From an uncultured virus (IMG/VR IMGVR_UViG_3300013112_000606) (taxonomy: Duplodnaviria > Heunggongvirae > Uroviricota > Caudoviricetes), in the IMG/VR virus record IMGVR_UViG_3300013112_000606: a DNA stretch of 64,000 nt; one strand, given 5' to 3'. Below, piece after piece: positions 18,849 to 28,528 of this stretch. The first letter of the stretch is position 1. Each line of letters begins with the position of its first letter. The notes beneath the pieces are model-generated. The model did not search any database. It was given only the letters and a program-made list of their open reading frames with translations, and was not told the origin of the DNA. The translations under genes were made by a program, and so were the position numbers.

Positions 18849-19468
18849 TGGCCTACGGCATCAAGCGAGGGTACCGCTCACGGAAGCGGCCGACGAGGTA
18901 CGTGAGCTCCCCCGAGACCGAGGGGGAGTACCAGGCTGGTGTGTACGCCTACGTGCAGGAGCTCTGCTCCTCCGCCACGCGCCCTCTGCACGTCCTGGAC
19001 ATCGGGTGTGGTCTCGGGGTGAAGACCGCCGACTTCGTGCCTGTGGCCGCGTCCGTGGTGGGCATGGACTACCCGGGGGTCGTCCGGCGCTGTGAGCCTG
19101 TGGATGGGGTGGAGTGGTTCGGCGCGGACATCGAGGACCTCCCGGACCTCGAGCGCAACTTCGACCTCATCCTCGCTGCGGATGTCATCGAGCACCTGGT
19201 GTGGCCGAGCCGTCTGCTACGCGTGATGCGCGCCCATGCCCATGCCCGCACCCGCTTCGTGCTGTCCACCCCAGAGCGGGATGTCCTCCGGGGGGAGGCA
19301 CACCTGGGACCGCCGGCGAACCCAGCACACGTTCGTGAGTGGAACAGCGAGGAGTTCGTCTCGTACCTGAGCTCTGCGCGCTTCCACGTTGTGCAGCACC
19401 AGGTCATCTACAGCAGAGAGGACGCCCCACTGCGGTGGTGTCAGGTGGCACTATGCCGGCTGAAGTAG
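18848..19468 (+). CDS. class I SAM-dependent methyltransferase
   Basis: VLDIGCGLG; FDLILAADVIEHL; STP; NPAHVREW. Confidence 0.85.
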   Translation: MAYGIKRGYRSRKRPTRYVSSPETEGEYQAGVYAYVQELCSSATRPLHVLDIGCGLGVKTADFVPVAASVVGMDYPGVVRRCEPVDGVEWFGADIEDLPDLERNFDLILAADVIEHLVWPSRLLRVMRAHAHARTRFVLSTPERDVLRGEAHLGPPANPAHVREWNSEEFVSYLSSARFHVVQHQVIYSREDAPLRWCQVALCRLK

Positions 19469-21675
19469 GCGGAACGACTGTCATCATCCCCATGCGGAAC
19501 CGCGGCGGTGGCCGGCTGTGGAACTGCCTCAACGCTCTTCGGCGGCAGAAGGTCTCCCCACAGGAGGTCCTCGTCTGTGACTTGGGGAGCGAGCCGAAGC
19601 AGAAGGAGAACATCAAGCGCCTGACCTTGGAGGCGGGGTTCTCCTTCCTCGGCATCCAGTGGACTGACCCCCTGTTCAGCCGTGCCGTGGCCATCAACTG
19701 TGGCATCCGCGCCGCCCGCACCAAGTACGTGCTGGTCCTGGACGCCGATGCCATCGTGTCCCCGCGGTGCATCGAGGTGTTCGAGCGCCGCGTCCGGCCC
19801 CGCACCATGGTGCTTGCCGAGCATCTCCGCGGCCGTGGTCCGAAGGGGATGGAGGACATCTCCACCACTTGGGGGAAGCTGCGAGCGGAGTCGACCCCGC
19901 CGCAGTGGTCGCACTGGGCGTCTGGCATCTTCATGGGCGCCGAGAGGACCTTCTGGGCGGAGATTGGAGCGTTCGACGAACGCTTCATCGGGTGGGGAGG
20001 CGAGGACGACTACGTCGTCCACAAGGCCCGCCAGGCGGGTACGGTGCAGTGGATCAAGGAGCCCCTCCTCATCCACCAGAGGCACGCGAACGTACCAGGG
20101 AAGGTCCAGCAGCAGGAGAAGAACTGGGCACTCCTCCGGACGTTGATGCGTAGGCCCATGAGTGTTGCAACGAATCCGTGGGGCCGTAGGCGGCTCACGG
20201 ACGTCGTGCGTTCCGAGGCCCCCCCACCTGCCCAACCCACCCACGGCCGCTGCCTCGTCTTCGGGCTGGGGACGGGACGGTGTGGGACCCAGTCGTTGAG
20301 CCACCTGCTCTCGAACCAGGACGGTGGGAGGGTGACCCACGAGGGGGACGAGGACGCCTACGGCGGCCATCTCTCCTGGGGCAGCGACTGGCCGAAGCTG
20401 AAGCGACAGATTGGCGTATGGAGACGCGATCTCAGGGCGGGGAAGGTCAACGTCGTAGGGGACGTGGCATTGTACTACCTCCCCTACGTCGACCGCATCC
20501 TCGGGGAGGCCCCCGAGGCCAAGTTCATCTGCCTGGAACGGCCCAAGGCCGAGGTGGTAGCGAGCTACCTGAAGAAGACCCCCAGGACCAACCCGTGGAT
20601 GGTTCACGATGGGGCAGAGTGGTTCATCGACGAGCCGTGGGACAGGTGCTACCCGAAGCATCCGGGCCCCTCCAAGGAGGAGGCCATCGGGCAGTACTGG
20701 GACGACTACCACGACGCGGCCAAGCACTTGGAGGGGAAGTACCCGGACAACTTCCGCGTGTTCCCAATCAGCTCGCTCAACACCCCGGCGGGCAGGCGCA
20801 GGATCCTGGACTTCGTGGGCGTCCCATCCCGGCTGCAGGAGGCCGAGACGACGTTCCACACCAACGTGTTGTTGGGCGGATCCAAGGCGCGCCGCTCGGC
20901 GGAGGAGTGCCTGGCCGATACGACGCTCATCGTGAAGGCGTTCGAGCGGCCGGAGGTGGTCGACCGCCTGCTCCTGTCCATCGACAAGTACTACGGCGTG
21001 CTTGGGGAGTCCCTCCGCATCGTCATCGCAGATGACAGCAAGGAGCCCGTCCCGCCGAGCGTCCGGACGCGAAACCGGGTGGACTACCTGACCCTACCCT
21101 ACGACGTCGGGCTCAGCGCCGGCCGGAACTTCCTGGTCGACCAGGTTGAGACCGACTTCTTCATCCTGCTCGACGACGACATGGTCTTCACGGACAAGAC
21201 CAAGATCGAGGGGATGGTCTACGCCCTCGACAACAACGACAACTTCGACATCGTGGGGGGCAACCTGCTCGACGGCCGGGGGAACGAGCAGAAGTACGTG
21301 GGGCAGCTCCAGCTGCGCAACGGCGTCCTCACCGTGCGAAACGACCCGAAGGACATCTACGGGCGGTTCCACGTGTACGACTTCGTCATCAACTTCTTCG
21401 CGGCGCGGACGAAGACGGTCCGGAAGGTGAAGTGGCCCGCGGAGCTGAAGCTCGGCGAGCACGTCTTCTTCTTCCTCGACGCGCAGAAGGCGGGGCTCAC
21501 GGTAGTCCAGCACCCGCTCGTGACGGCTTCCCACCTACCCGTCACGAACGAGCACTACGCCAGCCTGCGCAGCCGGGCCATGCAGTTCCTCGAGAAGGGC
21601 AGAGGCATGTACGGCATCCGGAAGATCCGAAACCTCACCGACCGTGTGGTCATGATGGAGCCCCCATGTACCTGA
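19453..21675 (+). CDS. GT2 - sulfotransferase - GT2 triple-domain fusion
   Basis: GT2: IIPMRNR, LDAD, FDERFIGWGGEDD. Sulfotransferase 5'-PSB-like loop GLGTGRCGTQSL. Second GT2: KAFERP, IADDS, GLSAGRN, LLDDD. Confidence 0.85.
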   Translation: MPAEVGGTTVIIPMRNRGGGRLWNCLNALRRQKVSPQEVLVCDLGSEPKQKENIKRLTLEAGFSFLGIQWTDPLFSRAVAINCGIRAARTKYVLVLDADAIVSPRCIEVFERRVRPRTMVLAEHLRGRGPKGMEDISTTWGKLRAESTPPQWSHWASGIFMGAERTFWAEIGAFDERFIGWGGEDDYVVHKARQAGTVQWIKEPLLIHQRHANVPGKVQQQEKNWALLRTLMRRPMSVATNPWGRRRLTDVVRSEAPPPAQPTHGRCLVFGLGTGRCGTQSLSHLLSNQDGGRVTHEGDEDAYGGHLSWGSDWPKLKRQIGVWRRDLRAGKVNVVGDVALYYLPYVDRILGEAPEAKFICLERPKAEVVASYLKKTPRTNPWMVHDGAEWFIDEPWDRCYPKHPGPSKEEAIGQYWDDYHDAAKHLEGKYPDNFRVFPISSLNTPAGRRRILDFVGVPSRLQEAETTFHTNVLLGGSKARRSAEECLADTTLIVKAFERPEVVDRLLLSIDKYYGVLGESLRIVIADDSKEPVPPSVRTRNRVDYLTLPYDVGLSAGRNFLVDQVETDFFILLDDDMVFTDKTKIEGMVYALDNNDNFDIVGGNLLDGRGNEQKYVGQLQLRNGVLTVRNDPKDIYGRFHVYDFVINFFAARTKTVRKVKWPAELKLGEHVFFFLDAQKAGLTVVQHPLVTASHLPVTNEHYASLRSRAMQFLEKGRGMYGIRKIRNLTDRVVMMEPPCT

Positions 21676-22496
21676 TCACCGGCGGCGCGGGGTTCATCGG
21701 CTCCCACGTGGCCCACCATCTCCTGGCGGGGGGCGCGGCCGTCCGGGTACTCGACAACCTCTCCACGGGCCTGCCGGGGAACCTCCCAGAGGGCGTGGAG
21801 CTTGTCGTCGGAGACGTCCGGGACCTTCAGTGCGTGCGCGAGGCCACCTACGGGATGCGCCACATCATCCACCTCGCGGCGCAGGTGTCTGTCCCGGACT
21901 CCGTCACGGACCCGGACACCACGTACCGAATCAACGTCGGCGGGACGATGAACGTCATCGAGGCAGCTCGAGCCGCAGGCATCAGGGTGTCCCTGGCGTC
22001 CTCGTGTGCCGTGTACCACCCGCCGTGGCCTTCCCCCTACGCGTTCAGCAAGAAGATCGCCGACGACATGTGCCTGCGCGCCAGCCACCAGGTGTTGCGC
22101 TTCTTCAACGTCTACGGCCCTCGTCAGCTGGCGGCCGGTGGGTACGCGGGGGTCGTGCCCTCGTTCATCCGTGAGGCCGAGAAGGGGGAGCCCCTGTGGG
22201 TCTACGGGGACGGGGAGCAGACTCGGGACTTCATCTTCGTCGAGGACGTCGCCAAGAAGATCGTGGAGCTCGCGGGGTCGGGCAGGAACTGGCAGCACGA
22301 CGTAGGCACGGGGGTGTCTACCTCCATCTTGAGCCTGGTCGAGGCCGTGGCCGACATCTACGGAACGCAGGTGGTCCGACACCTCCCGGAGCGGGAGGGG
22401 GACATCAAGCACGCGGAAGTGGCCTCGGTCAAGCCGGGGGGCACACCCCTGGCCGTGGGGCTGCAGAAGACGGTGGACTGGTTCCGTGGAGCTTGA
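21666..22496 (+). CDS. NAD-dependent nucleotide-sugar epimerase/dehydratase
   Basis: ITGGAGFIGSH, HLAA, YAFSK, RFFNVYGPRQ, GDGEQTRDF. Confidence 0.92.
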   Translation: MYLITGGAGFIGSHVAHHLLAGGAAVRVLDNLSTGLPGNLPEGVELVVGDVRDLQCVREATYGMRHIIHLAAQVSVPDSVTDPDTTYRINVGGTMNVIEAARAAGIRVSLASSCAVYHPPWPSPYAFSKKIADDMCLRASHQVLRFFNVYGPRQLAAGGYAGVVPSFIREAEKGEPLWVYGDGEQTRDFIFVEDVAKKIVELAGSGRNWQHDVGTGVSTSILSLVEAVADIYGTQVVRHLPEREGDIKHAEVASVKPGGTPLAVGLQKTVDWFRGA

Positions 22497-22521
22497 CAGG
22501 TACGTACGCCGTATGTACCCT
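22493..22521 (+). promoter_or_regulatory. sigma70-type promoter
   Basis: TTGACA-17-TACCCT, the same hexamers as at 10996. Confidence 0.6.
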
Positions 22522-22538
22522 GCGTGACGAGGACAGAG

Positions 22539-22724
22539 ATGGTAGAGCAGAACGGCAAGGGCACCGGCGACGCCCGCATCAACCTGAAGCTGAGCGACGA
22601 GCTCAAGGCGTTCGCCGACGAGTACGCGAGGAAGCGCGAGACCAGCGTCAGCCAGCTGCTGCGCGACTACCTCATCTACCTCCAGAAGGAAGAGGAACGA
22701 AATGCCCGAGGTCAGGGTTTCTGA
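22539..22724 (+). CDS. ribbon-helix-helix regulator
   Basis: RINLKLSDELK...ARKRETSVSQLLRDYL. Confidence 0.8.
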   Translation: MVEQNGKGTGDARINLKLSDELKAFADEYARKRETSVSQLLRDYLIYLQKEEERNARGQGF

Positions 22725-23364
22725 GAAGTTCCCGATGCCCGCCACCGTCGACGAGGTGGCCGAGGCAGTCAGGAAGATCCTCTCCCTCGGGGGAGTCGAG
22801 CACCTGTCGTTGAACCTCGGGGAGCAGATCTACGTCGAGCGGCGCAAGGACGTCCGCGACACCGCGCTCCCCGACGATCCCGCCTTCGCCGAGTTCACCC
22901 TCGACGACATGATCACCCGGGTCGCCCTGGGGGAGTACACCCCGCCAAACGACAGTCTGTCGCCGACGGCGCAGATGTTCGAGATGATGGCCCTGGTCGG
23001 GACCGGCGGCTACGTCGTCACCCACGTCCTGTGCTACGACAAGATCAACCTCCGGCGCTGGCTGGGCATGGAGGGGGTCCTCCCAGACGACTACCGCCTG
23101 CTCAACGCCCACGTCGTCGAGTCCCGGATGATGAGCCCCGACGCCGTCATCGTATTCGGTAGCCACAGGTCCGGCGCGGCCCCCTCCGACGTGAAGGTGG
23201 CCCTCAAGCTGACCGTAGGAGCCACCCATGTGCGAGAGGAACCGAGTCATCCAGCTCCTGCTCCAGAACAACATCATCCCGGCGGACACAGTCCGTTTCC
23301 TGCAGACGAGGGGGATGCTCCCCAGGGAGATGGCGCTCCCCCCTGGTTCGGCCCCGCCGACTGA
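22702..23364 (+). CDS. hypothetical protein
   Basis: Codon bias. Confidence 0.7.
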   Translation: MPEVRVSEKFPMPATVDEVAEAVRKILSLGGVEHLSLNLGEQIYVERRKDVRDTALPDDPAFAEFTLDDMITRVALGEYTPPNDSLSPTAQMFEMMALVGTGGYVVTHVLCYDKINLRRWLGMEGVLPDDYRLLNAHVVESRMMSPDAVIVFGSHRSGAAPSDVKVALKLTVGATHVREEPSHPAPAPEQHHPGGHSPFPADEGDAPQGDGAPPWFGPAD

Positions 23365-23653
23365 CCCGGAGGACCTGGCCCGTGACATCGACGACGCCCT
23401 CCCGGACACCGCCCGCCTCGACACCGAGGTGCTGCTGGACATGCCCGACGTCTTCGTGCACGTCCTCGTGGGGTCCCTGGCCGTGAGGTGCTTCGTGGAC
23501 AGGGCCGGGGCCGTGTACCTGCGCTGCAGCCTGCAGCGGCTGCTGAACCACGACGTGGTGCTGGAGGACAAGACCAGGCTGCGCCTCGTGGCGGCGACAC
23601 CCGTGCGGCTCGGCGACGAGCACTGGCAGCGCGTCGAGCTGGAGGTCGCATGA
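23228..23653 (+). CDS. hypothetical protein
   Basis: RBS AGGAG, codon bias. Confidence 0.6.
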   Translation: MCERNRVIQLLLQNNIIPADTVRFLQTRGMLPREMALPPGSAPPTDPEDLARDIDDALPDTARLDTEVLLDMPDVFVHVLVGSLAVRCFVDRAGAVYLRCSLQRLLNHDVVLEDKTRLRLVAATPVRLGDEHWQRVELEVA

Positions 23654-24174
23654 TTCGCACACGGCTGCTCCGGCTCCATCAGAAGCTCAGGAACCGCGTC
23701 TACGACGCCTGGGTCCGTCACGGGTTCCCAGACCACGCAGAGCAGCTCCGCCAGGCCCAGCTGCGCTGTGACGAGGCCCAGGCGGACGTGGAGCCCGAGC
23801 TGTGGAACCACGAGAAGCCGTGGTCCAAGGACAACGACTACATCGTGAAGGAGGTCGAGAAGCCGGCCTGGGTACTCAAGACCCGCCGCGGCCCCGAGGA
23901 GGTCCCCTACAGCTTCGTGCCGGAGCCTGAGCCCGCGCCCGCGCCGTCGGACCTGGAGAAGTTCATCATGGACGAGCTGCCGGAGACCCCGCTGGGCGCC
24001 GGACACCAAGGCAGCGCGGTCGCCGGGTACGAGTTCGAGGCCCAGATGTTGAGCGGCTGCCTCAACCAGGACGGGGATGCCGACGGCAACTGCCCCGGTC
24101 GGGAGGACCCGGACAACTGCGACCGGATACCCGACGTGTTCCGGTGCCCGCTGAAGGAGGAGCAGCGTGTCTGA
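23650..24174 (+). CDS. hypothetical protein
   Basis: ATGA overlap, codon bias. Confidence 0.7.
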   Translation: MIRTRLLRLHQKLRNRVYDAWVRHGFPDHAEQLRQAQLRCDEAQADVEPELWNHEKPWSKDNDYIVKEVEKPAWVLKTRRGPEEVPYSFVPEPEPAPAPSDLEKFIMDELPETPLGAGHQGSAVAGYEFEAQMLSGCLNQDGDADGNCPGREDPDNCDRIPDVFRCPLKEEQRV

Positions 24175-24760
24175 CGTCACCTCCATCACCCTCTACAAGA
24201 CCGACGAGGGGTTCGAGCTCAGCTACGAGCGCAAGGGGGAGATCCGGAAGTCCGGGCGGGAGAAGGTGCCGCACCTGCGTGGTGTCGTGCAGGCCATCCG
24301 CAAGGCCGGCCTGGAGATGGTACCCACACCCTCCTCGAACATCCTCGGCCCGCCGATGCCCCAGGGCAAGATCGACGAGCTGATGGAGGCGCAGAAGCGC
24401 TCTGACGCGGCGACGGTGGGGGAGCTGGCACCACACACGGCCGACCTGGGAGAGCACGTGGAGGCTCTGCGAGAGGCCCGGCCGGAGTTTCTCAAGAGGC
24501 CGCTGCCCGAGCGCTGCCTCATGCTGAACCCGGTGCCCCGGACCTTCCCCCTGCTGGTCAGGGCGAACCCGGGATCCATCATCCTGGACGAGCACGAGGA
24601 GCGGGAACTGAACCGAGTGGCGGCGTTGCCGGCAGGTCCCGGCCACTGGATGGGGGAGCCTATGCACCTCCACCTGGACCGCTCCAAGCCGGTCGAGATC
24701 GAGCGTGACGGCCTGACGTTCATCAAGCACAGCGCCGATCTGAGGAGCCTGTTCCGATGA
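24167..24760 (+). CDS. hypothetical protein
   Basis: RBS GGAGGAG, codon bias. Confidence 0.7.
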   Translation: MSDVTSITLYKTDEGFELSYERKGEIRKSGREKVPHLRGVVQAIRKAGLEMVPTPSSNILGPPMPQGKIDELMEAQKRSDAATVGELAPHTADLGEHVEALREARPEFLKRPLPERCLMLNPVPRTFPLLVRANPGSIILDEHEERELNRVAALPAGPGHWMGEPMHLHLDRSKPVEIERDGLTFIKHSADLRSLFR

Positions 24761-25041
24761 GCGACGAGCAGTACAAGAGGGAGCTGAGGCAGCAGGTCCG
24801 CAACGACCTCACGACCTTCCGGCGCATGAACAGCGTGCTCTCGCGCCGGCTCGAGGCGGTGAAGCTCCTCCGCAAGAACGGGGAGACCTACTCGCCCCTG
24901 GAGGACTTCGCGGGGACGACGACTGTCCAGGGCGCCCTGTCGTTGTCCATCACCCAGATGGAGTACATGCTCGCTGCGCTGGATGCTCAGCTCGAGGACG
25001 AGGGAGCCAACGTCGTGCCGCTCCCGGAGAGGGAATCATGA
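24757..25041 (+). CDS. hypothetical protein
   Basis: ATGA overlap. Confidence 0.7.
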   Translation: MSDEQYKRELRQQVRNDLTTFRRMNSVLSRRLEAVKLLRKNGETYSPLEDFAGTTTVQGALSLSITQMEYMLAALDAQLEDEGANVVPLPERES

Positions 25042-25601
25042 ACGCCGAGATGTTGGCCGGGGTCATCAACTGGCTCCCGTTCGCGGAGGTTGTCTGGCAG
25101 GGCGGCGACGACCAGGTGAGCACCGTGCTGTGCCGCGTGTCGCCCTCCCAGGAGCTCAACTGGGAGAAGCTCGCCGAGAAGTGGCTGCGCAACCTGCGCT
25201 CCGGCCGCCTGCTCATCGCCAAGCAGCTGATGGTGCGCCAGGGGCGCCTGGGCTACCTGTGGAACATCTCCCTGTTCAGCAACGACCCCGGTGGGGCCAT
25301 GGAGATGATGCTGGGGGCGGCCCAGCGGATGTTCTCCGAGGGTGGGACCGGCCCGCAATCGGAGATCCCGAAGGAGCGAGGCGGGGCGCCCACCGCAGGC
25401 CCCCAGGTGCTCGTTGACAGGACCATGCGGTCGGACAAGGTGTCGATGGACCACGTCCGCGCGCAGAAGCAGCAGAAGCAGTTCTACGAGGTCGACGTCC
25501 CCCTCCCCGGAGGTGACCCCCGACGGAACATGCCGCGGGGCACCACCGTTGGCGCGCAGGGGCGCGAGATCGCGAGCATCAAGGGGGCAGGGTACCTGTA
25601 A
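25038..25601 (+). CDS. hypothetical protein
   Basis: ATGA overlap, codon bias. Confidence 0.7.
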   Translation: MNAEMLAGVINWLPFAEVVWQGGDDQVSTVLCRVSPSQELNWEKLAEKWLRNLRSGRLLIAKQLMVRQGRLGYLWNISLFSNDPGGAMEMMLGAAQRMFSEGGTGPQSEIPKERGGAPTAGPQVLVDRTMRSDKVSMDHVRAQKQQKQFYEVDVPLPGGDPRRNMPRGTTVGAQGREIASIKGAGYL

Positions 25602-26266
25602 TGCCGAAGCACAAGCATCTTGCCTCGACGCCGGAGATGATCGAGGGGGTCACCCCCGCCGGGTGGCACGGGGGTCTGACGCGCTACATGGAGGCCAAGG
25701 CGGACGAGCCGGCCACGGCCAGCTACCGCGTGCAGGTGAACTTCGGCACGGGCCGGACACCCCAGGGCCCGAACAAGGGTGCCATCACCCTGTGGGCCAG
25801 CGGCCGCAAGCTCCACGGCGGCGGCGACGAGATGATCTACCTCTGCAAGGAGGTCGACTTCGGATCCAGCGAGTACGTCGACTTCAAGGTCGGCCGAAGC
25901 ACGGGGGGAGGCGGCTGCGGGGCCTACATCCTGCCGGATTTCATTCGCGGTGGCGTGGCCGTCTGCCCCCGGTGCAACAAGCTGATCGCGGCCGAGCGCC
26001 TGACCGGGCAGGTCTACTTCCGGTCGACCACCCGGGACCTGGCGGCGGCCGTGGCCGGCTACGTCCGGCTGCTGGACTTCGACGCGGACGTGGTGGTGAA
26101 GTACGCCGAGGACGACATCCGCTACCACACGGTCGTCCAGCAGAAGGGCGTCGCCGAGGCCCGCAAGCTCCGGGGCATGCTCATCTACAAGCTGGACCGC
26201 ATCATCCAGGACGTCGCCGGCGGGGCCGACCTGGAGAACCGCTGCTTCGCGCTGCTGAGCGCTTGA
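25601..26266 (+). CDS. hypothetical protein with Zn-ribbon
   Basis: TAATG overlap; CG...CPRC. Confidence 0.75.
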   Translation: MPKHKHLASTPEMIEGVTPAGWHGGLTRYMEAKADEPATASYRVQVNFGTGRTPQGPNKGAITLWASGRKLHGGGDEMIYLCKEVDFGSSEYVDFKVGRSTGGGGCGAYILPDFIRGGVAVCPRCNKLIAAERLTGQVYFRSTTRDLAAAVAGYVRLLDFDADVVVKYAEDDIRYHTVVQQKGVAEARKLRGMLIYKLDRIIQDVAGGADLENRCFALLSA

Positions 26267-26395
26267 GGGCTAACAAAATGTCACGGGTAGGGACGCGACA
26301 CCCTTCTCCCGAACCGTCAGGGTCACTGGTGTCGCGCCGGCGTTCCATCCACTCACTCCGCTGGCGCCTCCGCGAAGCGCAGATGTTCAGCCACA
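26267..26395 (-). ncRNA. candidate small structured RNA
   Basis: Intergenic; ATAAG motif at 26399-26403 points into it; CGCGACACC/GGTGTCGCG stem. Confidence 0.4.
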
Positions 26396-26432
26396 ACCCT
26401 TATGGCACAGAGCCGGAGGTTTTTGCAGAGCG

Positions 26433-26696
26433 ATGACAACCGTACAAGACACCCTGGATGAGCTCCAGGGAAAGCAGCACGACCTGGCCATCTTCGCCGC
26501 CGTGGTGGAGTTCCTCGACGGGGAGTTCCTGCCCCACTCTGGGACCAAGGCCAGGCGCGTCATCCAGGCCGAGGGGTGCCAGGTCCCCACCGTCCCGGAG
26601 TCGGCCATCGAGAGCGTCCGTGACCTGCTGATGGAAAACCACGTTGGGCCCCTCGAGCAGGGGATCGCCAAGCTGATGGCGAAGAAGGTGAAGTAG
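26433..26696 (+). CDS. hypothetical protein
   Basis: Codon bias. Confidence 0.7.
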   Translation: MTTVQDTLDELQGKQHDLAIFAAVVEFLDGEFLPHSGTKARRVIQAEGCQVPTVPESAIESVRDLLMENHVGPLEQGIAKLMAKKVK

Positions 26697-27224
26697 ATGC
26701 CGGAGAGCAAGAAGCCGAAGCGGAAGAAGGGCAAGCAGGGCCGAATCGGAGAGCAGATCCGCGGCCTTCGCCAGCAGCTGGCCGGAGTGCAGCAGAACCT
26801 CGAGCGGACGCACCAGCTGCTCGGGACCATGTCGGCGACGTACATCGGCAACGACCAGAAGCTGCACCAGCACTCCAACGACATCGAGGACAAGCTGGTG
26901 GGCCTGGCCAACGCCCTGTGCACCTACACCGACATCCTGGCCTCGGCCCTCGAGGAGGCCCACGGGATGGAGGAGGGGTACCTCCCGCGGCTCAACGAGG
27001 AGATCCTGGTGGCGGCGGCCAACGGCGCGCAGCAAGACCGCATCGCGGCCATCGAGGCGCAGAAGGCGGCCGAGGAGGCGGCCAAGAAAGCGGGGGAAGA
27101 GGCCCCCGAGGACGGGCCGCCGGACCTCGAGGCGATGACCCAGGAGCAGATCGCCGCGGAAACGGACAAGACATCCGAGGGCGGCGCAGAGTATCCTGAC
27201 GGGGCCCAGTTCTTCGGGGAGTAG
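26697..27224 (+). CDS. hypothetical coiled-coil protein
   Basis: Codon bias. Confidence 0.75.
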   Translation: MPESKKPKRKKGKQGRIGEQIRGLRQQLAGVQQNLERTHQLLGTMSATYIGNDQKLHQHSNDIEDKLVGLANALCTYTDILASALEEAHGMEEGYLPRLNEEILVAAANGAQQDRIAAIEAQKAAEEAAKKAGEEAPEDGPPDLEAMTQEQIAAETDKTSEGGAEYPDGAQFFGE

Positions 27225-27227
27225 ACG

Positions 27228-27410
27228 ATGCCACGAATCCGAACCACGACCGCGACGACCCCGAAGACGAAGGCAGGCAAGGTGCGTCTCGCGCCGACGG
27301 GCATCTGCCCGAAGTGCCGCATGTCCAACCTCATCCCCTTCCGCCGAGAGGGCGACCACTTCGCCCGCTGCCCCCGCTGCAAGCGGGAGTTCCGTCGGCA
27401 GATCCTGTAG
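27228..27410 (+). CDS. small Zn-ribbon protein
   Basis: CPKC...CPRC. Confidence 0.7.
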   Translation: MPRIRTTTATTPKTKAGKVRLAPTGICPKCRMSNLIPFRREGDHFARCPRCKREFRRQIL

Positions 27411-27471
27411 GAGGCCCCGATGACCATCCGTATGTAGCCCGCCGCAACATCCCGGCGGGCGGGAGGTCATC

Positions 27472-27663
27472 ATGGCTCACCACAAGCGGCGTCGGCCGAA
27501 GGACCGACGTGCGGGCTGCCTCATGTGCAAGCCCCAGAAGTCCACAGCAGTCAAGAAGCGCGGCGAGGTCAGCAACGGCTGGGGCGGCCGGGTGCGCACC
27601 TGGCGGCAGGAGTACTTCGGCTGGCTCGACGAGAAGGAGCAGAAGGAGGACGAGGGCCTGTAG
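27472..27663 (+). CDS. small basic hypothetical protein
   Basis: RBS GGAGG; RRAGCLMCKP. Confidence 0.65.
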   Translation: MAHHKRRRPKDRRAGCLMCKPQKSTAVKKRGEVSNGWGGRVRTWRQEYFGWLDEKEQKEDEGL

Positions 27664-27701
27664 GGGTTGACATCTCCGTGCGGCCATGTTGGAGTTCCGG
27701 C

Positions 27702-27761
27702 ATGCACACCTCCGACATCCAAGTCCTCGGATTGTCGCTCCAGCTTCTGGGTATCCAGTAG
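27702..27761 (+). CDS. leaderless mini-ORF (MHTSDIQ..., 19 aa) heading a tRNA operon
   Basis: TTGACA(27667)-17-TGGAGT-6nt-ATG. Confidence 0.4.
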   Translation: MHTSDIQVLGLSLQLLGIQ

Positions 27762-27816
27762 TCGCCGCCCCCGTACGCCCGAACCCCGGGTAGCCGGGGG
27801 CGGGAGAAGTGCGTGT

Positions 27817-27901
27817 GGGAGAGTGGCGGAATTGGTAGACGCGCGGGTTTCAGGGGCTCGTGTCTTCGGGCGTGAGGGTTCGACTCCCTCCTCTCCTACC
27901 A
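27817..27901 (+). tRNA. trnL: tRNA-Leu(CAG)
   Basis: Cloverleaf, long variable arm, CCA. Confidence 0.9.
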
Positions 27902-27905
27902 CCGT

Positions 27906-27990
27906 GCCAGGGTGGCGGAATTGGTAGACGCGCAGGCTTGAGGGGCTTGTGTCTTCGGGCGTCCGGGTTCGACTCCCGGTCCTGGTACCA
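27906..27990 (+). tRNA. trnL: tRNA-Leu(GAG)
   Basis: Cloverleaf, CCA. Confidence 0.9.
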
Positions 27991-28003
27991 ACAAGAAGAC
28001 CGT

Positions 28004-28081
28004 GTGGGTGTAGCTCAGCTAGCGGAGAGCACCAGCCTTCCAAGCTGGATGTCGGGGGTTCGATTCCCCCTACCCACACCA
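28004..28081 (+). tRNA. trnG: tRNA-Gly(TCC)
   Basis: Cloverleaf, CCA. Confidence 0.92.
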
Positions 28082-28083
28082 GT

Positions 28084-28160
28084 GTGGATGTAGCTCAGAT
28101 GGCTAGAGCGCCGGGTTGCCAATCCGGAGGCCGTGGGTTCGAGACCCACCTTCCACACCA
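28084..28160 (+). tRNA. trnG: tRNA-Gly(GCC)
   Basis: Cloverleaf, CCA. Confidence 0.9.
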
Positions 28161-28167
28161 GATACGT

Positions 28168-28257
28168 GGGAGTCTGGCGGAAATGGTAGACGCACCCGGC
28201 TCAAGATCGGGCGTCCCGAGAGGGCACTTCAGGGTTCGACCCCCTGGGCTCCTACCA
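28168..28257 (+). tRNA. trnL: tRNA-Leu(CAA)
   Basis: Cloverleaf, long variable arm, CCA. Confidence 0.9.
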
Positions 28258-28262
28258 GGTGG

Positions 28263-28338
28263 TGGCGTGTAGTTCAACTGGCGGAACGGCTGACTCTGGA
28301 TCAGCAGGTTGGAGGTTCGAGTCCTCCCACGCCAGCCA
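28263..28338 (+). tRNA. trnQ: tRNA-Gln(CTG)
   Basis: Cloverleaf, CCA. Confidence 0.92.
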
Positions 28339-28343
28339 CACCT

Positions 28344-28419
28344 GGGGGCGTAGTTCAACTGGTGGAACACCGGGCTTTGGTCCCGGACGTTGGAGGTTCG
28401 AGCCCTCCCGCCCCTTCCA
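28344..28419 (+). tRNA. trnQ: tRNA-Gln(TTG)
   Basis: Cloverleaf, CCA. Confidence 0.92.
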
Positions 28420-28451
28420 CTCCTACTCGCGCCTGTGCTACAGTCTCATTT

Positions 28452-28528
28452 CGCGGGATGGACAAGTCCGGTAAGTCGCTGGGCTCATAACCCGGAGATC
28501 GGTGGTTCAAATCCACCTCCCGCTACCA
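28452..28528 (+). tRNA. trnM: tRNA-fMet(CAT), initiator
   Basis: Unpaired C1, GGG/CCC pairs in the anticodon stem, CCA. Confidence 0.9.
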
